Assembly: GCA_001643675.2 (NCBI GenBank)
Contig: LSRY02000002.1
Location: 2,542,001-2,606,000 of the forward strand
Length of the DNA: 64,000 nucleotides
Origin: Monocercomonoides exilis PA203
Lineage: Eukaryota; Protista; Preaxostyla
Direction: 5' to 3'
Positions 47,978-60,800 of the stretch are shown here, piece after piece. The position numbers and the translations under genes are program-made. The stretch's first letter is position 1, and every line of letters starts with the position of its first letter. Under the pieces are notes generated by a model that saw nothing but the letters and a program-made list of their open reading frames with translations, searched no databases and was not told the origin of the DNA.

Positions 47978-49122
47978 ACCATTTATTATTTAAATTTGGT
48001 AAACTTATAATTCGAAATTGGTAAACTTCTTATTCATAACTAATAAAATTGAGTATTTTTTAGAAAAAATTTTTTTGCATAAAGCCTTCCATTGATTGAG
48101 TGTCGAAAAGTGATTAAAATATTGGTGATTATTTTTGAAATCATAACTTTTTTCGGGGTGTTGATTATATGAAAATTCATTATCATTTGCTGAATAATTG
48201 TCATTTAAACATTGAAAGTTTATCATTCGTTTCAAAAGCCAAAGTTTGACAAATAATTGAAGCTGCATCATAAAAAATAAATCAATTTCTTTTCATATTT
48301 GAGAATAAGATATGAAATTTTTGATTTTTCAGAAAAAAGTCATCACGATGGAAATCGGATAATTTTCAAATGAATTAACCTCACATTGTTTGATTAAACA
48401 TAATTCAATCAAAAAATAATATTTGCATCAATACAAGATCATGAAATCATTAATTTTACACAATCAAATAAATCTATAAAAGAATTTTCATTTTTTTTTA
48501 TTTTTTTATCGATCTTTTGAATATATTTAAATGAAAATAAAATATTATGCTTGAATAATGTTTAATCAAACAATGTGAGGTTAATTCATTTGAAAATTAT
48601 CCGATTTCCATCGTGATGACTTTTTTCTGAAAAATCAAAAAATTTCATATTTATTCTCAAATAATAAAAACCGGGGTTCAATTTCTCATCTGTATTTTGA
48701 ATGTTGATTGAATATGATATGTGTGATTATTTTCGAAATCATATTTTTTCTGTCAAAAATTTCGGTTCGAAAATTTGAAAAGAATATTCATAAATGGACC
48801 ATGAAAAGAAATTGATTTATTTTTTATGATGCAGCTTCAATTATTTCAAGTCAAACTTTGGCTTTTGAAACGAATGATAAACTTTCAATGTTTAAATGAC
48901 AATTATTCAGCAAATGATAATGAATTTTCATATAATCAACACCCCGAAAAAAGTTATGATTTCAAAAATAATCACCAATATTTTAATCACTTTTCGACAC
49001 TCAATCAATGGAAGGCTTTATGCAAAAAAATTTTTTCTAAAAAATACTCAATTTTATTAGTTATGAATAAGAAGTTTACCAATTTCGAATTATAAGTTTA
49101 CCAAATTTGAATAATAAATGGT
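47978..49122. repeat. ~1.1 kb fold-back: arms 47978-48408 and 48551-49122, with an extra 138 bp (48663-48800) in the right arm
   Basis: Near-identical reverse-complement arms. They explain the mirror ORFs 48005-48271(-) and 48826-49095(+). Confidence 0.92.
48717..48981. mobile_element. MITE-like element, copy B (~265 bp)
   Basis: TIRs ATATGTGTGATTATTTTCGAAATCATATTTTTTC / GAAAAAAGTTATGATTTCAAAAATAATCACCAATAT. Subterminal TGTCAAAAATTTCGGTTCGAAAATTT matches TGTCTAAAATTTCGGTTGAAAAATTT of copy A. Confidence 0.55.
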
Positions 49123-49377
49123 TTCGTTTTTGATATTTTGTTTTTCCTTTCTTTATTTTCCGTTCGGAAAATTTTTATGATTATCTACGTAATAACACTG
49201 TAAAGTTTGAAGGCTTATTCAATATGTCTTCATTTTTATTTTGGCTTTTTCATTTGTTAAAAAAACAGTTGTAATGAATATTTGCATTTGAGCACAAAAT
49301 ATTTTCCCAATGACGAACTTCCTTCGAAAAATCAACATTCCGAAAAAAGTTATGATAATCAAAAAATCGCCAGTATT
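49115..49377. mobile_element. MITE-like element, copy C (more degenerate)
   Basis: Right end CGAAAAAAGTTATGATAATCAAAAAATCGCCA. Internal blocks AACACTGTAAAGTTTGAAGGCTTATT and AAACAGTTGTAATGAATA are colinear with copy A (AATACTGAAAAGTGAAAAGACTTATA, AAACAGTTGTGACAAATA). Confidence 0.45.
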
Positions 49378-49879
49378 AAAGATAATCGCATATATGCAAA
49401 ATGCTTAAATTCAAATTGATTTTTTGAAACTTTGTAAAGTTGTCTTCACGATAAAGAATTAATTTAACAAAAAATTTTCAAAAAATCAATATTTAATTTT
49501 TTTTGATACTTCACAATCATTTCCCAAGACAAATTGAACGAAAAATGAAACAGTGAATAAAAAATACACAGAATTAATTTTTGTTTTATCAAAATTTCAA
49601 TTTTTTTTATTGACTGGATGAAATATTCATTAACGAAAAAGTGATTCCGTTAATTTGTAATTTGAATTACAATGGAAATGAATAAATTCTTTGACAAATG
49701 AATTATTTCGATATTTTAATCAAAAAAATTATTTAATAAAAATGAATAATGGGTATGAGAACCATTTTTGATAGCGTCTTATTGAAGTCGGCTATTAATT
49801 TCTTTTTTGTGGTTAATAAACAGTTTTTACTTTTGAAAAATATTTCATTTCTTAAAATTTTGAGTTTATATCACCAACT

Positions 49880-51403
49880 ATGCTAACTCCTGACAATATT
49901 CCATCATGGTATTATTTTTCGTATTTCCTTTGCGAAAGTCATGCATCCCCAGTAAATCATGAGAAAGATTTATTAACTTTATGGAAACGAACATCTCTTT
50001 ATTTGTCAAACATTTTACCGGACAATGAGCAAAGATATTTATCTTATGTGAAGAGTTTGTATATTTATTTGCAGCTTGACGAGGAAGGTCTATTGATGGG
50101 ACTGATTGTTTTCCAACGCTATCTAAAACAAGTTGGAGTTTCAGCGTTGATGGATTGCGATGCAGTTATGTTTTATGTATTTGTTATATCAATGATTATT
50201 GGGATGAAAAGTGTTTCGGATTATCGACTAGATGGAGCAAGGCTCATCGAGGGATTAAAACTTGACGCAAAACAACTTGCACAAAACGAAAGCAGCATGC
50301 TGCGCGCATTGAATTTTTCATTATTTTTTGATGAAAACGATCTCGGGGATTTGGTTGTAGTTTTTCCGTTGGAAGGTTGGTTGTGTTTACCTTACTCAAG
50401 AACGAAAGTTAGTGCATTCGAGCAGCAAGTATTATTCGGATATAACAAGTATATGAAGTTATTTACTTCACCCGAACCATTATTATCAGGCCCTGAACAA
50501 TTTTGCAGAGAAAAGACATCATTTAGCACAAAAACAATTACACAGTCCAAAAATTCATATGACTCCGATGGCACAGATTGTAGCGTGAAGGCACAACCTA
50601 TTAAAATGTTGCCCAACAATTTTGATTCTCAAAGAAGCATAGATATTAATTCATCTTGCAATTATCAAGACACACTTGATTCAAGCACAAATTTGTTGTC
50701 TGAACAACACATAGGCGGATCTAAATCAGAGCCATTGAACACCAAACATAGTGCGATTGAAGCATTTTCATTTGAAAGATCATCTTCAGTCTCGGAAATG
50801 ATGTCAAATTTCACCGAACCGAAAAGCGAATCTATGACTGTAGAGAAAAGAAATCATGTCGATAAAGGAATGAGTGATTTTCCTTTTCCTATCCAGCAAT
50901 CTCCTATGATGCTTCAACAAAACTGCAGCTCTGCAACTTTAAATAGCTCATGCAATTCGCTGTACCCAGTCTTTGGAAAGTCAGAAAACTATATTAACGA
51001 AACAAATTTTTATCCAAGACATCAACTGAATCCGCTTCCTAATAAACAACCAGAACAACTTTTGGAAACTACTGATCAAAAATTAAATAAAAGTTGTTCT
51101 CCTTTTGTTGATGAATTGAGCCAACCTGCTTTGCAACCAAGAGAAGATATCATGAAATCTGCTTCAGTTGTCAAGTCTTTGTCTGCTTTTACTACACAAG
51201 CCTCCTCTGGAACGTTGCAACAATCTACTACAGTATTGCTTCCACCACCACCACCCCCACCAGTGCATTTGATGATGACGATGCTACTCACATTTACTAT
51301 TGCGCCGAGTGGAAGTAGTGTGGTTTATGATCCAAGTAGCATTTGCTTCAATCAATTCATTCCATCAGTTTGGCCCTTGCCATTGCCCTTGCCAATGATG
51401 TAA
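49880..51403 (+). CDS. Pho80/Pcl-like cyclin with a long disordered C-terminal tail
   Basis: Cyclin-box pattern YVKSL..YLQLDEEGLLMGLIVFQRY...FVISMIIGMKSVSD...LAQNESSMLRALNFSL in the first ~150 aa. Intronless 507-aa ORF. Confidence 0.72.
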   Translation: MLTPDNIPSWYYFSYFLCESHASPVNHEKDLLTLWKRTSLYLSNILPDNEQRYLSYVKSLYIYLQLDEEGLLMGLIVFQRYLKQVGVSALMDCDAVMFYVFVISMIIGMKSVSDYRLDGARLIEGLKLDAKQLAQNESSMLRALNFSLFFDENDLGDLVVVFPLEGWLCLPYSRTKVSAFEQQVLFGYNKYMKLFTSPEPLLSGPEQFCREKTSFSTKTITQSKNSYDSDGTDCSVKAQPIKMLPNNFDSQRSIDINSSCNYQDTLDSSTNLLSEQHIGGSKSEPLNTKHSAIEAFSFERSSSVSEMMSNFTEPKSESMTVEKRNHVDKGMSDFPFPIQQSPMMLQQNCSSATLNSSCNSLYPVFGKSENYINETNFYPRHQLNPLPNKQPEQLLETTDQKLNKSCSPFVDELSQPALQPREDIMKSASVVKSLSAFTTQASSGTLQQSTTVLLPPPPPPPVHLMMTMLLTFTIAPSGSSVVYDPSSICFNQFIPSVWPLPLPLPMM

Positions 51404-54400
51404 TTGAGCCAAAAAAAAAAAAAAAGAAGAAGAGAGGAAGAAAAAAGTTGTGAAGAGTCTTTGATATGAGGTTTTGTCCTCAAAGAATTACAAGTAATTT
51501 GAGTTCACAAAATTCTTCTTCAATTATTGAGGGGCATTAGAACACTGAAAATGCGTTCAAATGCTGAAAATCTGTTTGTTGTTTTATAATATTTCTCATC
51601 ATTCGACTCTCCTGCTCATCTGTAACTCTTTCAACTTCTGAAAAATTCTGCTATTTTCTTTTCTGTGTCGACTTTATCAACATTTCATTTTCGTCGATTT
51701 CCGACGATTATCACGCTTTATTATCAACTGTATACACTTCGAAATATGTGGCCATAGCTTGTTTCATAAATTATCGACACCACTGTATTATTTTGTTAAC
51801 ATGATTGAATGATTGGGTGCAAGTCTATATTTCGCAATGACATTTTAATTTATTTTTACAAAACTCTGCAGTAAAACCATCTGTTCTACTTTTGAGGTCA
51901 ACGTTTTCTTTTGAAAGCTTTTTATTTGATTGTTTTAGAACAATATGATTCTCATCTATTGTCTTGAAAAGTTCAATGGAAACCCATATTAACAGTTCTT
52001 GTTAGTTATCTTCATGCTATTTTTGGAATTGTATTATGAATGCAATTAAGTTTGTAAGCATTTGTGAGTCTTTATTTTTTTCGTAGTTGTGATTTATTTG
52101 CTGCTATTCTATAGTCATCTTCAGAATCATCTATATTCTTTTTGTAATAACTATTTTGCCTTTTAATGGAGCAGCTGACAAGCTTCTATTTAAATCGACA
52201 AGCGCCGCTCTTTATCTGTAACTTGTTTCACTACTTCCTTCGAAATTAGAGTGATTAGTCATTTTTTCAATTACTCTTCTCTGTCTTTTGGATGTATCAT
52301 TTTAATTGAAAAATTACGAGATTGTGTCCTCCAACTGATTATGCCTTTGGAACTCAAGCGATAAGCTTGAGTGTTCTTTTTCATATCTAAGCTATTTATG
52401 TTTCATTACCTTGTTGACTTCAATTGCATTGGACCACCGTTGATCACCAGTTTGTATATTTGCAGCACAATTTACATTCTATCGTCGAAGCTTTCTCAGG
52501 GCACAGTTAATAATGCCATTTATTTTTGACATTTTTTGCTAACACCTTATCTTTGAAAGCAAAGATCAAAGAAGCTTATTTTATCTGCTTTCTACCACTG
52601 GGCGTTGCAATAAAGCTATTTACTAACTTTATCCACAAAAGAAGTTACAATTTACAACCTGAATAATAATTTGGAAAGGGATTTATTCTGCGATGGTTCT
52701 TAGGCAATATTGATTTTTCCTGAAATGAGAAGTTCATTCAGAATGAAACGAATTAATCAACCAAAGAATAGAAAGTTTTCAGAGGATTTTATATAATATA
52801 CAAATACAAAGAGGAAATGACTATTTTTTGGGTTAATTCGATCGATCTTTTATACAACCTGTTTATTTTCGGAGCTAATTTTTAAGCGAAGCAATGATTT
52901 AATTCCATATGGAGAATACATTCAAACCAAAAACAACAAAGACATAGAAGCAAATGGGAATTTAAAGTTACTACAATCAAAATTGCCTTTGAAAGTCAAT
53001 TAACATTGAATATTTTCAGTTAAACAGTTGAATACAATGTAGACAAAGAGTATTTGAATTAATGTCAATATTCTTTTGTGACTCTGAAGATTAGCAGAAG
53101 ATTTTTTTTGTTGTTTTTGTTTTCTTGTGAAAATAACGCGATTTCATGTTAAATACTTATCAACTTCATTGAAAATTTTAATGTTTTTCTTTTTTCTTTA
53201 TTTTAACGAGACACCCATGCTTTATTCGAAGTGTTTGTAACTGTCAATGTTGAAATATTTGCCCAATTGTTCAATTGTTTTCTTTTCTTTTCTTTTCTTT
53301 TTTAAATTTCAATTTTTACTGTTTTTGTGATATGGCTTTTGCTCAGCAATATTTAATTTTGATTTTAATTTTGAACAAATTTAGTGTTTTTCATTTTATT
53401 TCTCCGAATATTCTTTCTTTGAATTTATCATTGCATTAAAGAGATATTTTTTTGGATTCTGTTTCTGTGAGGTATTATTTATTTATCTTGTTCTCCTCTT
53501 AGAATAACGAAAAATTGCGTATCCTTATTAAATGCTTGCATTCCTGCCATTTTTTTCCTTTTTAAATGTTGATGATAGTTTTTTCCATTTTAATTTGCAA
53601 TTGGTGATTATTCTTGAAATCTTTAAGTTTTCATTATTAGTTTTTTTTTCCTTTTCCTTTTTCTGTGAATTTTTCTTCGCTAAAAATTAAAATCATAAAG
53701 AAGAAAATTCGAATGTTCAAAATCTTTGTATTCCATGTGAATCTTTTAACATTTTTTACTGAAGTATTTTCGGTGTTATTTTATCTTTATAAATTGTTGA
53801 TTTATTATTTAACCTGTCTTCAATCTTTTTATTTTTATTTTTATTTTTTTTCTTTGATTACTTTGTAAAACTTTTGATTTGTGGATTGCTTTTGACATTT
53901 TGTTTTGTTCTTTTATTCTTTTTATTTGCTTATTTTTGAATTTATTTTTGTTGTTTTATTTATTCTAAAAGTCTGCTGACTTTGATTATTTCAGTCAAAG
54001 CAACAGTTTTAACTAATTAACATTTTTCTTGTTTTGTTAGGTTTTTGTTTTCTTTTTAATTTGTCTCAAACTTTGCTTGTTTCTGAAAACTTCAAATTGA
54101 CTAAATTATTAATGGATAGTCAACATCTGAAAGAACAATAAAGAATATGTTGAATTTTATTCTTTTTGAAACAGATCAATAAAATTTCCACTCCCCTTCT
54201 TTCGTATTAATGTCTTTTTTGTTTGTTTGTTTGCTTATTTGCTTTTTAAATTTTGTTAATTTCTACAAACAATATTTTAACTGATATATTTTTATTTGAA
54301 ATATTTCTGTTATTGATGATCAACATCTTCAAGCTTACAAAAGCGGTTCAAAATTTTGTATGCTCACATCGTTTTTTTAAATAAAAACAAGATTTCAAAA

Positions 54401-54644
54401 AAACGAAGTTATTTTTTTATAAGTTTAAGAAGAAATTAGCGATCCACAATTGCACCTTTTTGTGATTCAAAAATGAAATAACACTTTTTCACTCTTTTAT
54501 ACCATTTCTTCAAATTTCTTTTTAATTAATCGCAAACCATCTTAACAACACTTTATTCGGATTTTGCATTCTACGAATTAATTATTGCTAAAAAAAAAGA
54601 ATCATTCAAACATAAATGAAATCTTGTTTATTTTATATTTTTTC

Positions 54645-57541
54645 TTATGAATATTGATTTTGAAAATTAACAAATACAGGTTGAGGAGCGAGAAGACTTT
54701 GAGGCTGATGAAAATCTTCAAACATTGTCTGTTCCGAAGATGTGGATGATGTTGAGGAAGATGATACAATTGGAGGAGTGAAAATAGAAGATGAAGGCAT
54801 TGAAGAAGAAGGGACAGATGAATTTTGAAATGTGTATGTTGATGAATTTAAAATTGCATTTGAAGAAGAAGAAGAACTGATTGAAGGAAAAGAAAGCGAA
54901 GCAGAAAAAGGATGCGATGAAGATGACGCTAACGATGCTTCTGCTGACTCCATTGAAGAGGTTGCTGCTGGCTCTTGGGGGTGATGCTCAAATTCATTTG
55001 TATGATGCGAGCCAAACGAATGTGCAATATCAGACTGCACACATTCATCCTCTCCCTCTTCATCGCTCATGGATTCCATTTCTTCATCACTTTGCTCCTC
55101 TTCAAGAAGATCCAAATACACTTTTGTGATTATGCGCGACTCTTTTCGAATGCTTTTCGAATGTTCTTTTGAATGGCAGAAGTCGCGTATTATGACCGGT
55201 GCAGCTGTTGTGTCGAGTTCTGCTAGCATGCGATTGTAGCGATAAGATCTGAACTTCTCCTTAAATTTGGCTAGTGAAAGAGACGTTGAAGATTCTTCTG
55301 GAGAAAGCGAGCACATCGACGATTGAGCAGGCGAAGAACTATTTTGCGATGCAGTAGAAGATGAGAAAACAGACTGACATTCAGAATTAGCTGGCATCGA
55401 TTCCAGTGGATCAACAAATGTGAGAATGCGTTTTGTTTGGAGGGATTTCGCAGCTTCGTCGCTCAACGGAGAGGTCAAGATGCCTTCTTCTATATAACCA
55501 AGTTCCTGCTCCCCAAAACAAAGTAGCCTGTGTATCTGCTTTAGCAGCAATTCCACATAATCATCATCGCGAACAGGCAAATAAGCACACAAAATAGTCA
55601 TGACGCCTCGATTGGCAACCTCCTGCTTCAGTGCCGGAGGAGAACAAAGAACATTCCCTATCAGCTGCAACGCTTCTATCCGCGTATCACGTGGCTGGGA
55701 GCTGTCACTAAGGACTTTCACAGCGCTGTCTAATCCACCTTCCACAACAACAGTTGCCGTGTTCGGATTTTCATCGCCAGCAATGTTGCTTAATACCCAC
55801 ATTGCTTTGAATGCAATGCCAGCAAAGCTATGCTTGCTCAAAGAGACCAAAGGAGGAACTCCGCCCAACCTCACAATAGCCTTTTTAAATAGTAACAACA
55901 TTTTTAAAAGAACGAACATTTTTGTTTAAAGAATAGAAAGATTCAAAATAACGTGTAATGAACATATTCAAAACGAAAGAAAAAAATTAATTAAAAAAAA
56001 ATTCAAGCAACATATAGAATACACATACAGTCGCAGCACCTTCAACATAATTCACGCATTGCCCAAGCAAAGAAAGCGATACCATTGTTGTTGATGAAGG
56101 AACTTGTTTAATTTCTTTTATGATTCTCGGTAAAAAGTTGTTATCAGAAAGAAATGCCTACAAATTGTGTAAATGAAAAATTTTAACAATAAATGAAAAC
56201 ATTTAAAATACTTACAAAGACAATTAAAATAAAACAAAAAAATTAAATAATAATTGAAAAACTTTGCAATGAATTACATAATCACAAAAATTCTTATTAA
56301 AAAAGCATCAAATTTCAAACATTTAATAACTGAGTATTCTTTGATGATACAGTTTCGAGTGTTCGAAGGCAATCGTATTGCACCTCTTTTAAAGAACAGT
56401 TAATATTTGCAATACAAAATGGTAAGAATTCTTGGAGCTCTTTAGCTTCTGGCGTTGTCTCTGCAACGTTTGCCAAAAAAAAAATTATTCTTTCCAGAAC
56501 ATCCTCCGATAGTAATGGTTGTTGAAGGGCTGTCATTTCCACTTGGACTCCAGTCAAAGATAAAGAAGGAAAAAAAATCGAACCGACAGAATTCAAAACA
56601 TCCTCATTTTGACTTTTAAGAGAAGATGATTGCAAAGTTTCTTGTTGAAAGTCCATTGGAAAAGAAGACTGTTGTGTTAGAATTGAAGATGAATGATAAG
56701 TTGATATAGCCAAAGATAATTGCACAGATTTTAAAAAAGATATCGCTTTTTGTGGAAGTCCAAGAGTTAAAAAATAATTTGAAATATCTTCATTTTTTGC
56801 TACAAAATTTGCAAGCAGCCAATAAGAAAGATTTCTTAAGTTTCCTTCTGGAGAGTCTAAAAAATTCACAATTACTGGAAATAGATCAGAATACACCAGT
56901 TTAATCACCTGGTCCTTTGTTGCTTTCGCTCCTATTTTTTGTTTTTGAATCAGTGAAAAATTTTTTTCTTTGAATATTCGAAATAAATTAACAAACCCAA
57001 ATTAGACAAAAGCCAAAGGGAATTAAATTTAACATTTGCAGAACAATCATTGGTGAGAAGTTTCACAAAATTGGCTCGAAAATCATAGTCAAATAATGTT
57101 TTTATAGTATTTCTAGATTCTATATGAAAATTCAATAAATAAAACAAAAAGAAAACGGTGATACTTTTTGAAATCAATTTCCTTATAGCCTTTATTGCCG
57201 CAATAACATCAGTCTCGTTATTCGAGTCGATTTGTTCTAAAAGTTGTGGAATTGACACTTTCTAAAAAAATAAAAAATTAACAATATAAAATTTAAAATA
57301 TTATTAATACATCATTTCATACAAATGCATTAAATTCCGAGATGTCTTCCTCTGTACTTTTAATTTTACGTCTGCTTGAAAGCAAGGAAATTCTAGTATT
57401 ATCTCTAATTGTTAAAGACTCATCTTTTCGAAAACTGTGAATCTCATCTTCATCTTTAGATTTATCATAATCCTTAAATCTATTCGCAGCTCGTAATTCT
57501 TGGCTTAAAAAAACAGAGCAACCCTTGGAATGCTCTGACAT
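54645..57541 (-). CDS. Divergent importin-alpha-like ARM-repeat protein, about 6 exons
   Basis: IBB-like N-terminus (RFKDYDKSKDEDEIHSFRKDESLTIRDNTRISLLSSRR), AAIKAIRKLISK, ARM WxxxN motifs (LWLLSNL, YWLLANF, MWVLSNIAG, LIGNV), acidic/Ser-rich tail. Confidence 0.78.
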
Positions 57542-57899
57542 TTATTTTCCTTCTTGGAATTAAGGGTAGCTGATCATTTCAATTTTTTATTTCCAAACAC
57601 AATATACAATGCATTCCGCAAATGAAATGAAATTTAATATAAAAATTTATTCAAAAGAGCGATTGATATTTTTATTATTTTAATCATAAGTGAAAACCAT
57701 CAGAATTGGTAATAAAGAACAAGAATATTAATTTCAGAAAATTTTGAAACATAATAATCTTATTCAAAGGAAAAATCCACATGACAAAACTATATTCTCT
57801 TTTGAGCTTCATTCTCGAAGCTAAAGCCTTTTTGTTCGTTGAAGGCAAAGATTTACATTTCTTTATCCAAAAAATTGTGAAATAAAAATTTGTTTTTCA

Positions 57900-60800
57900 T
57901 TTTGTCAGTTTTTCTTTTCATGCAAAATGAAAATCTTGATGGCTTTTGAAGAATAGACATCAGCAATGTGAAAGAGAGGCATTTGTTTATGCATGAATGA
58001 ATATTCAAAGCTTATTCATAGGTATTGTTTTGGCAATAATGCAAAAAATGTTGCTGTTTATTTGTTTGATGCTCAAATAAAAAATATCATTGAATGAGAA
58101 AGGATGATGATAAAGGACATGAAGTTTCATTAAGGTCATGAAAACGAAAATTAAAGGAAACAAGACGAAAGGAAAAGAAAAATTGCACATTTCACTAAGT
58201 TAATATTTGTTGATTAAGCCGTTTTCAATTTTCACAAAAGAGTCACAGAACGAAGAAACAGAAGTGAACATTCAAATTTTGAAAGCCGTCTGTGTGAAGG
58301 TTACATCAACGTAAAAAAAATATCACTTTTTTAGCAGTGAACTGTGCATGATGGAATCTTGTTGAGATGATAAAAAAATCAGATTTCACCAGCTCCCCTC
58401 ATAATGACACAATTAATGTATCAGTCATCTTGGCAGTTCCTGTAATGCTGAAGGTACGATGAAAGAAGTTTGGAATAAGTTTTTGTGAATGAGATGTCTT
58501 TTTGGAGAGTCAAAATATGAAAATCGCTAAATCAAAAAGGATGCATCGAACAAAATATTAAAGGATGCTGGTGGAAATGTGGCAAAATGATTTTTCTGAG
58601 AAAATTTTGATGATAATGAATATAGAACAATAATGAAAATCTTTTTGATTTGCTGCATGAAGAATTTGTTTGATAAATAAACATCTTTGCGGGATTAAGT
58701 GTGTAAAAGCACAAACCAAAAAACAGAAAGGAAAGTCAATTTTGTCTGGGAACTTCAATTTCTTATCAATTGTGCCCCACACATCCGCAACTTGTGAACG
58801 TCATTTTCTATGCTGACCAGAAAGAAAATAATATCTCATACAAAATATTGATCTCCGAATGCAAAATGATTTGTGAAATGGAAAGTGGAAAGAGAAAACG
58901 ATTAACAGATAGAAGGATTTTCACTGTTTGTCCACTTTTGTGTATTCAATAAAAGTGTACCATCTTTTTGATGTCAAACTTCTTCCTTTCACACCAATTG
59001 TAATGAAAATCGAATACTGTTGGATGCAGAAGTCATCGATTTGCCAATCCTGTTCAATCGAAATTATTCAGGATATTTGATTTCAGTTCTTTCTTTTTGG
59101 AAAGGCTGAGTTTTTGAACAATTGGATTCGAAACTTTGTTCTTTTCACTTTTTCTCATTCACTCTTATCCAACATTTACAACAACGGATTCGCGAAAGGA
59201 AAATGAGATTCAATATGATGATATAAATATTGATCAAGGAGATGTTAAGTGCATTGGCTCCAATGTTGATGAAAACTCTTGATGAAACGGGATTTGAAGA
59301 TGAGTCAAATACATTTCCATGTGTTTATCGTTTCATTCAGATGATGTGACCGATCCTGAATGTTCTGCATTTTTGGCGCGTTAAAAAACAACTTGACCAT
59401 TTTTCATCTCAAAAGCGTGGTACTTATTCATGCCAAATACAATAGAATGCTTCTTCTCCTGAACTGAAGACAATCTAACATCAAAAAAATATGTTGAGAC
59501 AAAAACTGAAACAAATACTTGTGTCGAATGTTTCGGAAAAGATTCCTTTGTTTCTGAAAATGCTTTGGATTCCGCTTATAGACTTTATTCATTCAGCTTT
59601 CGACCAGCTTTCTTTTCAACACATGCAACCATCGATGCAAAAAACATTTTCCTCCTTCGTTTTGTATTTTTTGTTTTTGAAATTTTTAGTAATTTTTTTT
59701 TCGTTAATTTGCTCGTTATTGTTTATTCTTCTGACTTTGATCATCCGTTTTTTTTCGCAGATAAAACAAATAGATGCTTTGATAATCAAGAAGAAACTCT
59801 ATCTGATTATGAACAATATTCTGCAAAGATTTAAAACGAGACTCCTCAATGGATGCAGATGGTGAAATTCACTGTATCACAAAAGACGTTAAAAGATGAA
59901 AATCAACAATCTGTGGAAGATGAGAGAAGCCGAACAGTAAGTGACATCAAACGTTCTGGAGATAAATGCATTGATGTGAGAAATGTTGAATCCAGCAAAT
60001 TTTTTTATGTTCTCCTTTCATATTCGTTATGTTGATAATTCAGTAATCATTTGAGGCATTTGCGATAGAAAATCCGAGATTTATTTTGCCGATGGTGCTT
60101 CAAGAGATAATTCCATCCTTTTATTCTTGTGAATCAAGTGAGTCAAAACATCTATGTGCGAATTCTTGATTTTCTGTTTCATCGTGGTTGAACACCGAAA
60201 AGAGAACGTTCAATAGCGGGAAATGGTTATCCATTGATCAAGAAAGAACTTTCAGACGTTGTGAGATGGAGGATATCCTTATTTTGATTTCAGAAGAAAT
60301 AACACTGAAGAAAGAGGGGATTTTGTGCCAGAACGATGGTGAAGAAGTGTTGTGTGGATTTGACGCACCAATTGACTCTTCATCTGTGTCATCATTCTCG
60401 ATTAATGATGATGATCTGAATTCGACTCTAAAATGCGCTCAGTTTATTATTGGACAAAAATGAGTTCAAAAATGATGCCGGAGATGAAGCTTCAGAGGAG
60501 CTACAGTGGTTCATGCATCTGATTCACTAACTCCAATAAAAGTTCTGTCGAAAGCTGTTTTTTCTTTTGTCTTGACTTGATTGTCAGTTGAAGTCTTTCA
60601 AGATACAACTGCTGTTTCATTGTTTTTTCTATGCTTATTATAATTATTTCACCAAACGTCCCAATAGATGCGCCTCAACCTGAAGATAGCATCAAGCCTT
60701 TCTTCAATTGAGACTGTTTAGTATCCATATTGAGATAAACGACGAACTCCTTTCAAAAGCTTTTGACAATATTTTATCCCAAAAGATATTTCAAACTTTT

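Noticed and set aside
48005-49095. Duplicated 88/89-aa ORFs as a real gene pair
   Set aside because: They are the two arms of the inverted repeat, with intergenic-like AT content, and they run across a TIR. No protein motif.
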